Shown in pieces: positions 1 through 14,081 of a stretch of 64,000 nt of DNA (position 1 is the first letter of the stretch; the number at the start of each line of letters is the position of its first letter). The position numbers and the translations under genes are program-made. The notes under the pieces were generated by a model that had not been told where the DNA came from, did no database searches, and worked only from the letters and a program-made list of their open reading frames with translations. Source of the DNA: Eledone cirrhosa (lineage: Eukaryota); NCBI GenBank assembly GCA_964016885.1, contig OZ024747.1:46314001-46378000 (forward strand), given 5' to 3'.

Positions 1-133
1 GTCTTTGCTTGAAAATATTTGCCATTGGTCTGATATACATTTTGTAACCTTATCTTTATATCTCCCTCTTTGAGCCCTTGCTAGTAACTAAGGCATTATT
101 ATTATTATTATATGGTGAATTGGCAGTAATGAC

Positions 134-300
134 GGTGGATTGGCAGTATCGGTAGAGAGTCGGACACCATGCTTTGCAGCATAGAGTTACGGTCTTTTAC
201 GGTCTGAGTTCAAATCCCGCCGAGGTTAACTTTGCTTACGGGGTCGATAAAATAAAGTACCAGTAATGCTGGCCTTGTGCCAAAAGTAGAAACAATTATT
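134..300 (+). mobile_element. tRNA-derived SINE (dominant family of this window), followed by a degenerate second copy to ~490
   Basis: A-box-like TGGCAGTATCGG, B-box-like GAGTTCAAATCC, core GGGGTCGATAAAATAAAGTACCAGT, tail GCTGGCCTTGTGCCAAAAGTAGAAACAATTATT; near-identical copies elsewhere in the window. The core resembles the Meta domain of metazoan SINEs. Confidence 0.85.
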
Positions 301-519
301 ATATGCTCTGTGGTATACAGTTACAGCCCTGTACATTCACAGTTCAAATCCCGCCGTTGTTAGTTTTGCCTTTGATCCTTACGGGATCGTTTAAATAAAG
401 TACCAGTAACGCACGCGAGTCGATTTAATCGCATTTCCACTTTAATCTAAAATTCTAGCCTTGTACCAAAAAGTAGAAATAATAATTATTATTATAGACA
501 TGTTCCATTCGTCAAACGA

Positions 520-1285
520 TCCATCTAGAGCTACCATCCTCTGCGAGAGGAACTCAGCATACAGTGGCTACTAATGTGTAGACATGCCATGAGGCTGCAA
601 CATTTGGAGAGATCCTTAGATGGTGAACACATACGGTTGGGATTCGTGAGGCATGCTTTTCTGCAACTGCTCTACTGGACCAAGTTGCAATTCTGGGTCA
701 AGCAAAGTCCGAGATAGAACGTCTGGCATTTAGAATGTTGTTAGGCATTCACCGCTCTTTACAACTCTAGCAATGTGATTGGGTGGAGTTCCACTCTAGC
801 AATATATATATAGATGAGTAATGATGGAGAAGAGCGACGACGCTCCCGGGGACGCTCTCGGCATCAATAAAGATGAACAGCCAGGCATGATTGGGAGAAC
901 ATTCGTGTCGGAGACCACTATGGATAATATCCAAAAGTCGTTGGGCAGGCAGTGTTGCCTAGGGGCGCTGCTGGTACGAGATAAACGCAACAGACACAGT
1001 AGGGCTGCCAGCTGAAAGTGTCCTAAATTCCACGCAGAGCGACGAGACCATGGTGTTCCCTTCTCTTGCGTTACTGACTCGTGAAATGTCGAACAGTTGC
1101 TCTCATGTGTATGACGGACCCACCTATTGACCACACCACTGCCCTGCTTGAACAGTGAAAGGTAAGCAGTTATTCTCTGTATGGTGGCTATGAGAAAAGA
1201 GGACATATTGCGGACGAAGCTGAGAAAAATGACCACAGGCATTTTCCTCTTTGGTCAAGCTCTCATCAACTATTTAAAGTTCCAC
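520..1285 (+). pseudogene. Degenerate Tx1/L1-like LINE ORF2 C-terminal fragment
   Basis: ETTMDNIQKSLGRQCCLGALLVRDK matches PTSMDNFQKSLAWQRYRRALPVRDK at 25.7-25.8 kb (zf-RVT-containing copy); FLFGQALINYLKFH matches FLFGQSLITLFKFH at 22.68 kb. Contains stops and frameshifts. Confidence 0.6.
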
Positions 1286-1727
1286 CGTAACGACGTTAAT
1301 TGACATTTGAGATTTGACACTTTCCCGGCTATTTTCCAAAGGAAAATGTTTTCAAACCAGAGTTACATCACCTCTATTACTTTTCCTCTTTTATATTTCT
1401 CATTTTTTTTCTCATGCTTTCCCACAAGACAATTTGCAAAACTCCGTTCAGTTATTTATTTGCACATTCGCCTGAAGATATGGCCAACAGATGTTGTTCG
1501 CACGTATGTTAGGCAAAGAAACCATTGACTGAAGGTGGATTATTGTGTGTGTGAATCATAATAGGGAGACCATATTAGCTCTATTTTCATATAAAGCGTT
1601 TTCTCTATCAAAGTTAGCAAATCTGCCGATATACGTACAGGAGAAATATTTAACCTAGAAATAAATTCTACAGGACTAGAACTGATTTCAAACGGATGAA
1701 ATATTGCCTGTAGAAATCCCGCCTCTC

Positions 1728-1771
<44 letters not shown>

Positions 1772-1843
1772 ATATATACATACATATATAATATGTATAT
1801 AATATATATATATATATATATAAAATATAATTTTCTGTTAATT

Positions 1844-1888
<45 letters not shown>

Positions 1889-1901
1889 GTTTCTGTTAAT
1901 T

Positions 1902-1975
<74 letters not shown>

Positions 1976-2272
1976 ATGTATGTATAATTAACAGAAACTT
2001 ATATTTACTAGATTTCGTAAGGAACAGTTTTATTTAATATAATTAAAATAGTTCTGCCCCAAAATTATATTATACTGAATATATTTTATATTGAGAATTC
2101 GAATATTTCATATAGTTTTAGCTATGATTAGTTGTATAAGAGAAACATACAAATCTAAGAAAAAGGAATCTAGAGTCACTTGTTAAATATTTCTATTGTA
2201 AAAAATGATGAATTGAATAAAGCGCATGACGCATAAAAGTATGAAAAATACCCCCAACAAAATATATATATA

Positions 2273-2341
<69 letters not shown>

Positions 2342-3022
2342 GTATATATGTATATGTATATATGTATATATGTATATGTTTGAGCGTGTGTTTGAAATTA
2401 TTTACCAGTATTTCCATTTTTAACTATAGATAGATAAAAAGTAAATACGACTAAAATATTAACGTACAAAGCAAAAATTATTCCCAATAAAAAGTTGCTT
2501 CCTTCAGGGATGAAAATTCCATTTTACTGAGAAGAAAAAATCCGTAAAGTTTGAATAAATTATAAATATTTCTGTCTGTGTTTACATATAAATCGAGAAA
2601 GAAAGAGAAAAAATTATGGGATTTCGATAAATTTATGATATTAAGAACCATGGCAGAAAAGGAAACTAACTCCACATTTGGTATTGTCATCCATTTCATT
2701 ACATTCTACAGTGCCCTGGTAATATTATTAATATTATGTCTATTATTATTGTTATTTTGTATAAGTTATTTTTCTATTTTATTTATCAATACTTTTTCAG
2801 TGTTTTTGACAACTCTTGTACTCTACATTCGCAAAAACACCAATCGGGTAATCTAAAATTCTTCATATTTTTACCCTCCATTTTTATAAACCATCTCCCT
2901 TCATCCTCCTTCCTCCCTCCCTCATAAATCCTCTAAATCTATATTTCTACACACACAGGCACACGGAAAAATACACATTCACAACACATATATATGTTTT
3001 GTGTGTATATACATATATATAT

Positions 3023-3070
<48 letters not shown>

Positions 3071-3488
3071 GGTGGGGTTCGTATTTAAAACAATGGTACG
3101 TCACCAAACACGCTCACATACGCACACAGCTACGCATAAACACTGCCATACAACAATCATTTCAGTAAAGTTTTATTTAGTTTTTTCCCGTTGGAATCAA
3201 AAGAGTTTTTGACATGTCTTTAGACATTGAAAACCTTTATCTTAGAGTCTCTTTAGAATTCTCAAAATGCCATTCTAAGTAATAACGTTCTCTTTCGACA
3301 AGGGATTGGATTCGAATTGTAACATTGCAGAAAAACAAATAATATTGCTGGATATGACATCAGGGAGATCAAAAAGAAGCTGCTAGAATCTATATATTGA
3401 AATCTTGAAATAATTCTACTAGTGTTTTGTTTTTATATTCCGTTGCAAAGATTTGGTTGATGAGAATAGAAAATGAAATTAATAAAAG

Positions 3489-3526
<38 letters not shown>

Positions 3527-3763
3527 CAACATCTTGTATTATGTACATACAGACACACACACATATATGTATGTATATAAATATAAATAAATAAATAAAT
3601 AAATATATATATATATACGTGTGTGTTTGAATGTGTACATAGATGCATAGATATACAAAGTTGTATTCAGTACACAATACACAGAAATTCATGCACACAC
3701 AATCGCACGAATATATATATATGTACATATACATACTATGTAGATCTGTAATAAACAAAGGGA

Positions 3764-3879
<116 letters not shown>

Positions 3880-5067
3880 GCCCCTCAAAACACACATGCC
3901 TGCATATGTGTGCGAGTTTTTTCTGTGTCCCTTCATAAGTTAATATATTTAAACCAGAATTTGTAATGCAAAAAAGAAATAGCAAACATAATTGTAAAAA
4001 GACACAAAATAAAATTAACATTAGTACAATGAAGGTTGAAACTTTAAGACCTATGGCGTTGCCTTCTTTTCCCTATGCCAATGCATTAAGCATGTTCAAT
4101 AAATTTAAATAGAAATATTTCACATTTTTTTTGTAAATTTCATTCAATGTTTGTTAACTTCAGTTGTACCAGCCCCTTCCTTTCACTCTTAAGTTAACGA
4201 AGTAACTGCATACTTTATTTCCATCAGATATAATGTCAGTAAAGACGTATATACACATACACACACGCAGATACAAGCAGATACACACACGCACGCACGC
4301 ACGCGCGCGCACACACATACACACACATACACGCACGCACGCACACACACACGCACATGCACACACACACGCACACGCGCGCACACACACACACACACAC
4401 AAAGTCATATCTGTATAGATAAAGAGTGTGTAAACGAGATTGCACCAGTGTGTATATAAATATACACATATCTAATATGAAAGCATGTAAACATGCTAGA
4501 AAATAAGAATTTCTTTGAAAATTGAAAATAAGTATAATCGATTTCCCCACGTAATCGGGCCTTCATCAGGAGTATAGCCATTTAATAATAATATTAACAA
4601 TAAATGGGTATATAAGCTCACTAAATACATGTTTCTTGTGGTTGATTGGATGATGTACGCGCCTCTTGATGAGGGCTCAATTAAATCTAAAAATTGATTA
4701 GAGGTGTTTATATTTTTCCAATTTATAAGTAAATGCATAAATTCGTAAGTTCACATGTCTACGTATTAGATAAGTGCATATTTATATCTATATCTATATA
4801 CACATTGGTGCAGTCTCGGTTACCCACTCTGTATTTATGAAGATATAACTTCATCGTACATTTCGTCTGATAGCGTACTTCTTAATATATTTATATGCTT
4901 TGGTCCTTGCGGCTGGATTACCGGTCGCAGTCTTCAATTTGCGAAGCTGTCTAAATGTAATGTTATTACACTAAGGTAAAATACCTTATTGAGTGGTTAG
5001 CTGCACATTCCGAGTGCATTCGTTAGCATGGCTGCAGTCAGAGCTTAGATTCTGCTGAACTTCCATT

Positions 5068-5126
<59 letters not shown>

Positions 5127-5128
<2 letters not shown>

Positions 5129-5200
5129 GATATTAAAAAATGGAAACTATATTTATAAAACCGTTGTTTTATAAATATAGTTTCCATTTGTTAATATCGT
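5127..5200. repeat. Short foldback palindrome (~35-bp arms) abutting (TA)n
   Basis: acgatattaaaaaatggaaactatatttataaaac-cgtt-gttttataaatatagtttccatttgttaatatcgt, one mismatch between arms. Confidence 0.9.
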
Positions 5201-5286
5201 AATTTTACTCCAATTATTTGTTGAGTGGTTTATATCAGTTATAAAAATATTTGCTTGTTGTATCCCAACAATTTAAATAGAACTTT

Positions 5287-5351
<65 letters not shown>

Positions 5352-5411
5352 GCATAATTGCAAACGTATCGAATATTATTTTTAATATTCGAAAAACTCA
5401 GATTATATTTA

Positions 5412-5486
<75 letters not shown>

Positions 5487-5508
5487 GGGTAGAATACTGG
5501 AAGGTAAT

Positions 5509-5622
5509 ATCCGTTTCGACAGCTAGATCCGAACGAGTCGGGGTCCTGACCTTTTCCTATTACCCACTCTACTACCCTAAGTATCGAGTACTCTGGTGCG
5601 TTATGGTCCACCTGGTTGATCC
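5509..5622 (+). mobile_element. Rearranged fragment of the putative Penelope-tail family also at 26.4, 28.9 and 29.8 kb
   Basis: cctattacccactctactaccctaagtatcgagtactctggtgcgttatggtccacctgg matches the reverse complement of ~28856-28916; ccgtttcgacagctagatccgaac is the reverse complement of ~29787-29810. Confidence 0.75.
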
Positions 5623-5887
5623 CGCTTTGGGTAAAATTAAAAAAATGCATTCCTTAAGTTTTTAATCTGTACTAATAATGCATATTTGTGCTCAGCGGGT
5701 TTAATATATACAACCCTTAACGAATCCTCTTTGGATTTTGGTCTTTGTATATATATATAACTAGTTACAACAGTGACATATATACAGGTATTTAAGTGTC
5801 GTTGTGTTATACACCCCAACTCATTCAGAGTGTTATATAAAATATAAATGGCTACCTCCACAGATTATTATAAAGAAGTTCCCTGTC

Positions 5888-6130
5888 TTCCATACGGGCC
5901 TATATCGTGATGACGATCTGGCATTAACGAGCCATGAAAGTGGCCATGATCTTGATTCACTGATTACTTCCTTCAACAGCCTAGGCTTAAAAATTACAAT
6001 AACTACCAACGCGATCAGTGTTAACTTCCTAAACCTTGATTTAGACCTACTTACACGCACATATTGACCATTCCATAAACCCAGTGGGAAACTTAATTAC
6101 ATTCATAATGACTCTGCCATCCCCCAATAG
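5888..6130 (+). pseudogene. Penelope-like element reverse transcriptase fragment (catalytic motif to thumb)
   Basis: GLYRDDDLAL...FNSLGLKITITTNAISVNFLNLDLDLLTRTY*PFHKPSGKLNYIHNDS matches the PLE RT pattern GLYRDDGL..F...GLKITI..N...VNFLD..LDL....Y.P+.KP.....Y+H..SNHP. In-frame stop present. Confidence 0.85.
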
Positions 6131-6886
6131 TTTAAAAAAATAAAATTGGATAATATAGTCGTAGGTTTATGTAAAAGAGACAGGAGGTTCCATGACCATA
6201 GTCTCTTTGATATTAAGTAGTTCTACTGAATTAGGGGCTCCACAGCAATAACAACTACTACTTTAACTGTATACAATTCAGAAAAATAGATTTAAATGAT
6301 TGCTGTGGACGGATAATAGCATTGAAGAATGGAATATGAATTCGGAATGTCTTTCTAAATAACACTTTCGGAATACTTGTCAATAAGGCCAGGTGCGATG
6401 TTCAATACAACTCGAATTTTGAGAAAAGTCAAATAAGGTAGTATGTACATATACGCCCTGGAGGCAGTGTCACTAACTAGCCACTCTACAATTCCCAGTT
6501 ACACCGATGAAAAGATTAAAATAAAGTAAATAAATAAAAGAGCCTTCAGTTAGTGAAACGTCACATTGTTGCGAGAATTTCTGCTGTATTCATTCTCTTT
6601 GGCATCACATCCTTAACCACTTCTTCTATAATTTTCAATATGGAGGTCATTGTCGCCTGGCATTTTCCCTCGGGCTGAACATTCGAGTGCTAAAAGAAGC
6701 AGGTTCACTAAATGAGGTTAACATACTTGCTGTTCGGTCAGATAGCCGTTAATTAAAAGAAATTTCATTCAAATGTCTTAGAATCTCAAAGCTATAGTAA
6801 TTATTCCGTTTCAAAGGTTATGCTGTTGAAGAAGCCTGAAGTTAGGTGAGGTATTGGAGGCTTCTCTTTAGTAAAGAGAGGAAAAT

Positions 6887-6969
<83 letters not shown>

Positions 6970-7083
6970 GGGAGTGAGAACGAGAGGGATAGAGAGAATG
7001 GACAAACCGAAAGAGATATAGATAATGAAATGTAGAATAAGGATAGATCTTTTGCTCCTCGTATGGTCGCCTTGACTACAACA

Positions 7084-7171
<88 letters not shown>

Positions 7172-7312
7172 GGCACACATGCCTTGCTTATACATATATA
7201 TATCACATTCATATGTGCCTGTCTACATGTTTAAATATTTCTTAATTAATCATCAATCCCTTAAGCTATTAGGAAGTTTTGATTTATGTATCTCAAACAA
7301 AAACACACACAG

Positions 7313-7392
<80 letters not shown>

Positions 7393-7671
7393 ATATATAT
7401 ATGATATATATATGTATATGATATATATATATATATGTGTGTATATATATATTATATATTATATATATATAATATATATTATATATTATATATTATATAT
7501 ATATATATAAACCTAATTAATATACACCTTACACTTATATTTTACATATTATTATAATTAGTTTTTTTTTATTTAGTTAACCTATAATTAGTACTTTACT
7601 ACAGAGAACTTCATAATTTTATTTCCCTCTTACAGCTCTCTTTTCCTAAAATTAATACCTAAAAGTATACA

Positions 7672-7990
7672 TATAAATTAATTTAATTTCCTGTTATGAA
7701 TCTAGATTCCTTGTAGTCTATATAAGATTGGTATTTCTCACTACTACCCTTATCCCAAAACTTTATTTTCCTTCGTTTTTAACAACATTCGTTAATAACA
7801 TCTAATTCTTATTTATCGCATCCATATGAAGTAATATAAATTTATCCCTATAAGTATACCTATCAATTAATTTAATTTCTTGTTATAGATTTAGATTCCT
7901 TGTGGTTTAAATAAGATTGGTATTTCTCACTTACCCTAAAATTTTACTTTCCTTCGTTTTTAACACTATTCTTTAATAACATCAAATTTC
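7672..7990. repeat. Diverged direct duplication (~130-bp copies, ~190-bp period)
   Basis: aattaatttaatttc..tagattccttgt..ataagattggtatttctcac..ttccttcgtttttaaca at ~7676-7790 and again at ~7866-7965. Confidence 0.85.
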
Positions 7991-8223
7991 TGTGTACCCT
8001 TCACCGGCTTGATCTCTTTTCACCCCCAAAGTATTCTTTTCATTCAAAGTATTCTTTCCATTCAAAACATAAGTCTGCACCCTTCTACCCCTAAATTAAA
8101 TTTCTACTACTACTATTCTATCAACTTGACCTCTTACTACATTTCTATTGGTCAATTCAAAACCTGTTCCCAAACAGACCTATTATATTAAATCTTTGTT
8201 GTTTTGTTTCAATAGACAAATCT

Positions 8224-8357
8224 CATCATTTCTGAAGACAGCATCTATATGTGAAGGTATGTATATTTCCTCTGATAGTTTGTAATATTGTTACATAGAT
8301 CTATATGATATACATACCAACACACATATATATCCTAGAAACGATCGTAAAATGATG
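8224..8357 (+). ncRNA. Type I hammerhead ribozyme with long stem II
   Basis: Stem I catcattt/aaatgatg (8 bp perfect); core CTGAAGA 8232-8238; long stem II including ggtatgtatat/atatacatacc and tatatgtg/cacatata; GAAA 8338; palindromic stem III ACGATCGT; cleavage triplet GUA. Confidence 0.8.
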
Positions 8358-8481
8358 AATTTTTTAATATAAGGAACTTGTTCTTTGTTTTTATTCATTA
8401 TTTTTATTAATTTATATATATATATTTCGTTTCTGAATTTGTTTAGCAAGATTCTTTATCTGAAAACGTGTGTTGAAACCG

Positions 8482-9000
8482 ATATTGTTATAATTTGGGA
8501 GGGTCATGTTGCCAATAAGAAACACACGCACCAGTTGCTTTCACTTCAATTTATTATAATAAATTTATAAATTTAGGAATTTATAAATTTCCGGTTGGTT
8601 GGTTGGTTCCACAACCAGATGGTTGTTTGTATATTGTCAAAGTTCTTTCGTCACACATTCTGTGACCTCTTCAGTCACTGGGGATTCTTTTCTTTGTTTT
8701 TGTGCTTCTTCTTTGTTCTGTCCTACGCCATCTTGTTTCTGTCACACACAGAAACAAGATGGCGTAGGAGAGAACAAAGGAGAGGCACAAAAACAAAGAA
8801 AAGAATCCCCAGTCACTGAAGAGGTCACAGAATGTGTGACGAAAGAACTTTGACAATATACAAACAACCATCTGGTTGTGGAACCAACCAACCAACCGGA
8901 AATTTATAAATTCCTAAATTTATAAATTTATTATAATAAATTGAAGTGAAAGCAACTGGTGCGTGTGTTTCTTATTGGCAACATGACCCTCCCAAAGTAT

Positions 9001-9008
<8 letters not shown>
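8482..9008. mobile_element. ~527-bp foldback palindrome carrying two opposed hammerheads, ending in (TA)n
   Basis: Arms 8482-8742 and ~8748-9008 are reverse complements with a few substitutions; 5-nt loop cacac. A diverged single-arm relative lies at 13320-13610. Confidence 0.95.
8812..8854 (+). ncRNA. Minimal type I hammerhead ribozyme (mirror copy on minus strand at 8636-8678)
   Basis: GTCA-CTGAAGA-G-GTCACA-gaatg-TGTGAC-GAAA-G-aa-C-TT-TGAC: stem I GTCA/TGAC, stem II 6 bp, 2-bp stem III, triplet CUU. Confidence 0.75.
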
Positions 9009-9074
<66 letters not shown>

Positions 9075-9151
9075 ATCTACAAACAAATATACATATGCAT
9101 GCATTCATATATTCATATATATGTTATATATATATTGTATATACATGCAAA

Positions 9152-9196
9152 TGTCTGATGATTCTGTGAATCCGCAAGTGAAACTCCAGATTAACA
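9152..9196 (+). ncRNA. Slightly degenerate type I hammerhead
   Basis: tgt-CTGATGA-ttctgtg-aatc-cgcaagt-GAAA-ctccagat-TA-aca: stem I tgt/aca, stem II with U.U closure, imperfect stem III. Confidence 0.5.
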
Positions 9197-9289
9197 AGCC
9201 CCCCCATCCCCCGCGCGCTTACCCATCCAATGAATAATTAAACTCTATTTCGGTATTGAGTACGTTATCTCATATCCGTCAATAATACG

Positions 9290-9351
<62 letters not shown>

Positions 9352-9404
9352 TACGTTATTCCGGATTGAATCGGAGGTAACCACAGTAAAATGTGGTAAA
9401 AAGG

Positions 9405-9453
9405 GATTCCTAATGATTTCTAAAGAATGAAACAGTTCTAGTCCTGTAGAATC
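9405..9453 (+). ncRNA. Hammerhead of the 12.8-kb family with core mutation (CTAATGA)
   Basis: gattc-CTAATGA-tttc-taaa-gaat-GAAA-cag-ttctagtc-ctg-TA-gaatc; lies in element 9351-9460, flanked by (TA)n on both sides. Confidence 0.7.
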
Positions 9454-9601
9454 TCATCTATATATATATATATATATACATATATATATACGCGTCCGAA
9501 ACGTCAATACTCTCTTCCTGCTATTTCAAGCGTTAAATTAATATATTTATTTCATGTACTGCGCCGTTTGTTTTGTTATGTTATTACTTTTACATCCATA
9601 G

Positions 9602-9844
<243 letters not shown>

Positions 9845-10380
9845 CATACGTATGTAAGTATATATATGCACTTTCATAGGTTTTCGACATCATGGTTGAC
9901 TCCAGGAATGAGTTGGTTTTTACTGGAGGCATATCCAGAATTTCTTTAAGCATATAGGTGGATGTAAGAAAACAGTGATTGTAATATACATACTGTAAAA
10001 AAACGAGTAGTTTTCTACTCCTTTACCGTTCTGGGTCTAAAGCCACCCGAGACTCAGTTTTACAATCATATTCATTCTTCTACAGTTGACAATATCCTCC
10101 ATAATAAATAATATATTAATGTGAATATTGTCTTATTTGTTCTATGTCTTTTGAGGGTACTTATTTCTGATATATCATATTATTTAGACGATCGATCGTG
10201 GGACCTCCCTCGGTTTCGTCGATGAATGTTCCCATTGTTCAATCAATGGGCGTTTCACATAACATAATTCTCAGGGTGATTCAGTGTGGTACAGTGTGTA
10301 ACAAGACAGGCTCTGAAAATTTATAGAAACAGCCCATCCAACGGACTTTTAAACAATTTCCTTCTACTCAATTTCGTTCA

Positions 10381-10500
10381 TTCTGAGTTCAAATCCCGCC
10401 GAGGTTAACTTTGCCTTTCATTCTTACGGGGTTGATAAAATGAAGTACCAGTAATGCACTGGGTATTTGCTGGCCTTGTGCCAAAAGTAGAAACAATTAT
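10381..10500 (+). mobile_element. 5'-truncated SINE copy
   Basis: ttctgagttcaaatcccgccgaggttaactttgcctttca...ccaaaagtagaaacaattat. Confidence 0.85.
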
Positions 10501-11288
10501 GTTTGGGTAGAACGGAAACTGATAAATACCACTTGCTAAAGATTCCACACAATAGAATAGAACCCGGTATCTAATCATTTGAAGAAAACCTCTTAACCAT
10601 TCCACCATACTGCGTTCTCTCTTCAGACGATAGGTTAGTATCTATTACAGAAACAGAGATAAACACTGGCTCTTTAGATTATTATGATTAATGAAAAGAT
10701 TAACTCTATTAAGCTGCGGTTTAAAGTTGACATAACTACGACTTCAAATTCCTTATTGGGTCATATCAAATAGAAAGACACCCAACCCGATTCAATCTGA
10801 CAAATGTTTCAAAAAATAAAATAGAAAATGACAAGTGGACGTCATCAGATCAGTCAATCAATCATTCTAGTCCATATTAAACTGGTTGTCTGATTGAGAA
10901 TTTTAGCAGCCGCCATCTTGGATAGTCCAATAGCAAATAGAGTGGAAGTATATTGTTTTTTGGTTTTATTTGTTTGTAGTTCGCGACACCAGACGAACGT
11001 TTTATCGTGTTTAGATCCTTGTCAAGATGATTATACATTGTTTTAGATCGACTTTCAGCCATTTATACAGAAATATTTGTTGTAAAATCTGATAGAGGCC
11101 AGGATCAATTCCCCTTAACAAATCAATCAATCATTCAATCATACAAGGGCTCTGATTCTTTTTTAATGGATTATGTTTATTTTTACAGTCAGAGAATCTT
11201 TAAGGAAATATTTTATGTAGTTTGAGATGAGCCAGTTCAGTTGATTGACTTTCCGGTGAGGTACTAACGGAGATATGTGTGCGGCGGC

Positions 11289-11322
<34 letters not shown>

Positions 11323-11558
11323 CAGTAGTAGTAGTAGTAGTAGTAGCAATGTGCATCCAAGACTTTCGGTAATTAACTAATGGCAGCAAGAGATCAATAT
11401 TTGTTTACAGTGTACGATGTTATCTTGTTGACAAAACGGAACCAACCAAACTATTTTGATTCTACATGAAGAAAGAAATATGTAAGACATTTTACCACAA
11501 AATATTCTAACATGACAATGAAAGAGAAAAAAACGCAAATTCTGAAAATATAGAGTAA

Positions 11559-11610
<52 letters not shown>

Positions 11611-12136
11611 GCAATAATGATAATGAAGGAGATTAAACCGAAGAAAATAAAAAGAAATCTGTATAAGTGTATATATAAAAAAATAAGACATACAAAAATA
11701 AACACAAAATATATTTCACGTTTTTGATTTTTTAAATATCTATTTTCATGTTTTAGTGTTCTTGTGTGCGATAAGAAAAAAAATCCTTGTATTGTACTAT
11801 TTACAGCAATTTTTAGCCAGTCTTGTATAAAAAGATAAAGAGATGTTTTTTTGTCTTTCTGTCTCTTTTCTTTTCTTTGGTATGCTTGTTTGTTGTTCTT
11901 ATTTTTTTGCATCAAAACGGTTCTAAAAACAACATTACGGATAAGCGGAGATTTTTACGGTATTATAGATTTAAACATAGCCCGTTTTCTGAGATTTGTT
12001 TGTCATGGTGTGTGTATCCAGAAGCAAAGTAGAAGAATAAAGAGGAGGGACACAAGAGCCTGAGTCATGCTCTCCCGGTGATTCACTAGGTTGTTCATAA
12101 ATGTGGATGTAGTTCCGCACTGTTGCTTTCAGTGAC

Positions 12137-12199
<63 letters not shown>

Positions 12200-12228
12200 T
12201 TGTATATATATATATATATATTTATATT

Positions 12229-12269
<41 letters not shown>

Positions 12270-12480
12270 TAAAGAGAATAGTTTCCATTAATAGAGCTAA
12301 AAGACTATGTATAATTTTTCTTCTTCCCCAGAACTAATCAATCGGATTAGTCAAACGATTTATTTGTTTAAGTGAAGTCTAAGTCTTAGTTTTTTAATAC
12401 TTGTCAGATCACTTGTAAGGGCTCTAACGTGCCCTTCTCTCCCGTTTCCCCCTCTCTCTTTTTATATTTCTTTCTCCCAG

Positions 12481-12531
<51 letters not shown>

Positions 12532-12671
12532 AGAGAGAAAGAGAGAGAGCGAGTAGAGGGGTGGGGGTGATAAAGCGAAAGAAGGTAATAGAAGAAAGTG
12601 AGGTGCGCAAACAATCACAAATATATTAAATACTTTTTTATACGCACTCATTTATATATATATATATATAT

Positions 12672-13152
<481 letters not shown>

Positions 13153-13164
13153 AAAAAATTAAAA

Positions 13165-13270
13165 AGATAACAAGGACTATTGGTTACTCCTTCATTACAT
13201 TTATTGGTAGGTGACGCGCATTTCGACACTGATCAGCTCAAGGTTCGATCTGTATCGATCTTACCCGACT
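13165..13270 (-). mobile_element. Solo terminal fragment of the 42.8-46.9 kb foldback family
   Basis: ttattggtaggtgacgcgcatttcgacactgatcagctcaaggttcgatctgtatcgatcttacccgact matches ~42807-42876; flanked by (TA)n. Confidence 0.85.
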
Positions 13271-13517
13271 CTACAGTAACTCCAAGTTACACTCCCTGTA
13301 TATATATATATATATATATATTGTTATACTTGGGGAGGGTCATATTTGTGTAATATTGCCAGAATTAATAACAGAACACACTCACTGTTTGGTTGTATTT
13401 CGCTTCTGTGTCTTTTACATCGGTTAATTTAATTTATTCGGTCCTCAATGTTACCACTGACTGACAAACGGTCAAAAATACAGATACAATATAGACACAA
13501 ACACATATATATAGTCT

Positions 13518-13558
13518 AACAAAGTTCTTTCGTTGCACATCTGCAACATCGTCAGTGG
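13518..13558 (-). ncRNA. Hammerhead homologous to 8812-8854 with compensatory stem II changes
   Basis: Minus strand: cca-CTGACGA-T-GTTGCA-gatg-TGCAAC-GAAAGAACTT-tg. Stem II is GTTGCA/TGCAAC versus GTCACA/TGTGAC; stem I is weak. Confidence 0.7.
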
Positions 13559-13795
13559 AGCTATTATGTTTCCCCCGTTGTATTGTATGCTTACGCCATC
13601 TTTATTTAGTCTGTTTATTTATTTATTTATTTATTTATTTATATATTAAACGAAGAAGTATACATATCTCTACACGAGTATAGATACAAGTATAGATAGA
13701 TACATACATACATACAGAGTGTCCAACTTATACTGAGTTTGGTTCAATGAAAGAGTTAATAAAATTAACAGATTCAGAGCTTACTCACTTTAATG

Positions 13796-13871
13796 TCCCT
13801 ACTGTAGTTTCATTAGGAAAATAACGGTACTCTGAGTAGAGTATCGCGAGAAATCCTAAATCATCAGGAGA
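13796..13871 (-). ncRNA. Intact type I hammerhead ribozyme with extended stem II
   Basis: Minus strand: TCTC-CTGATGA-T-TTAGGA...GATACTCT-actc-AGAGTACC...TCCTAA-T-GAAA-CT-ac-AG-TA-GGGA; triplet GUA. Confidence 0.85.
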
Positions 13872-13914
13872 ATTTCTCTGTCCAGAAATAAAATTTAAGA
13901 CGAGAATTCCAAGC

Positions 13915-13945
<31 letters not shown>

Positions 13946-13946
13946 C

Positions 13947-14081
<135 letters not shown>

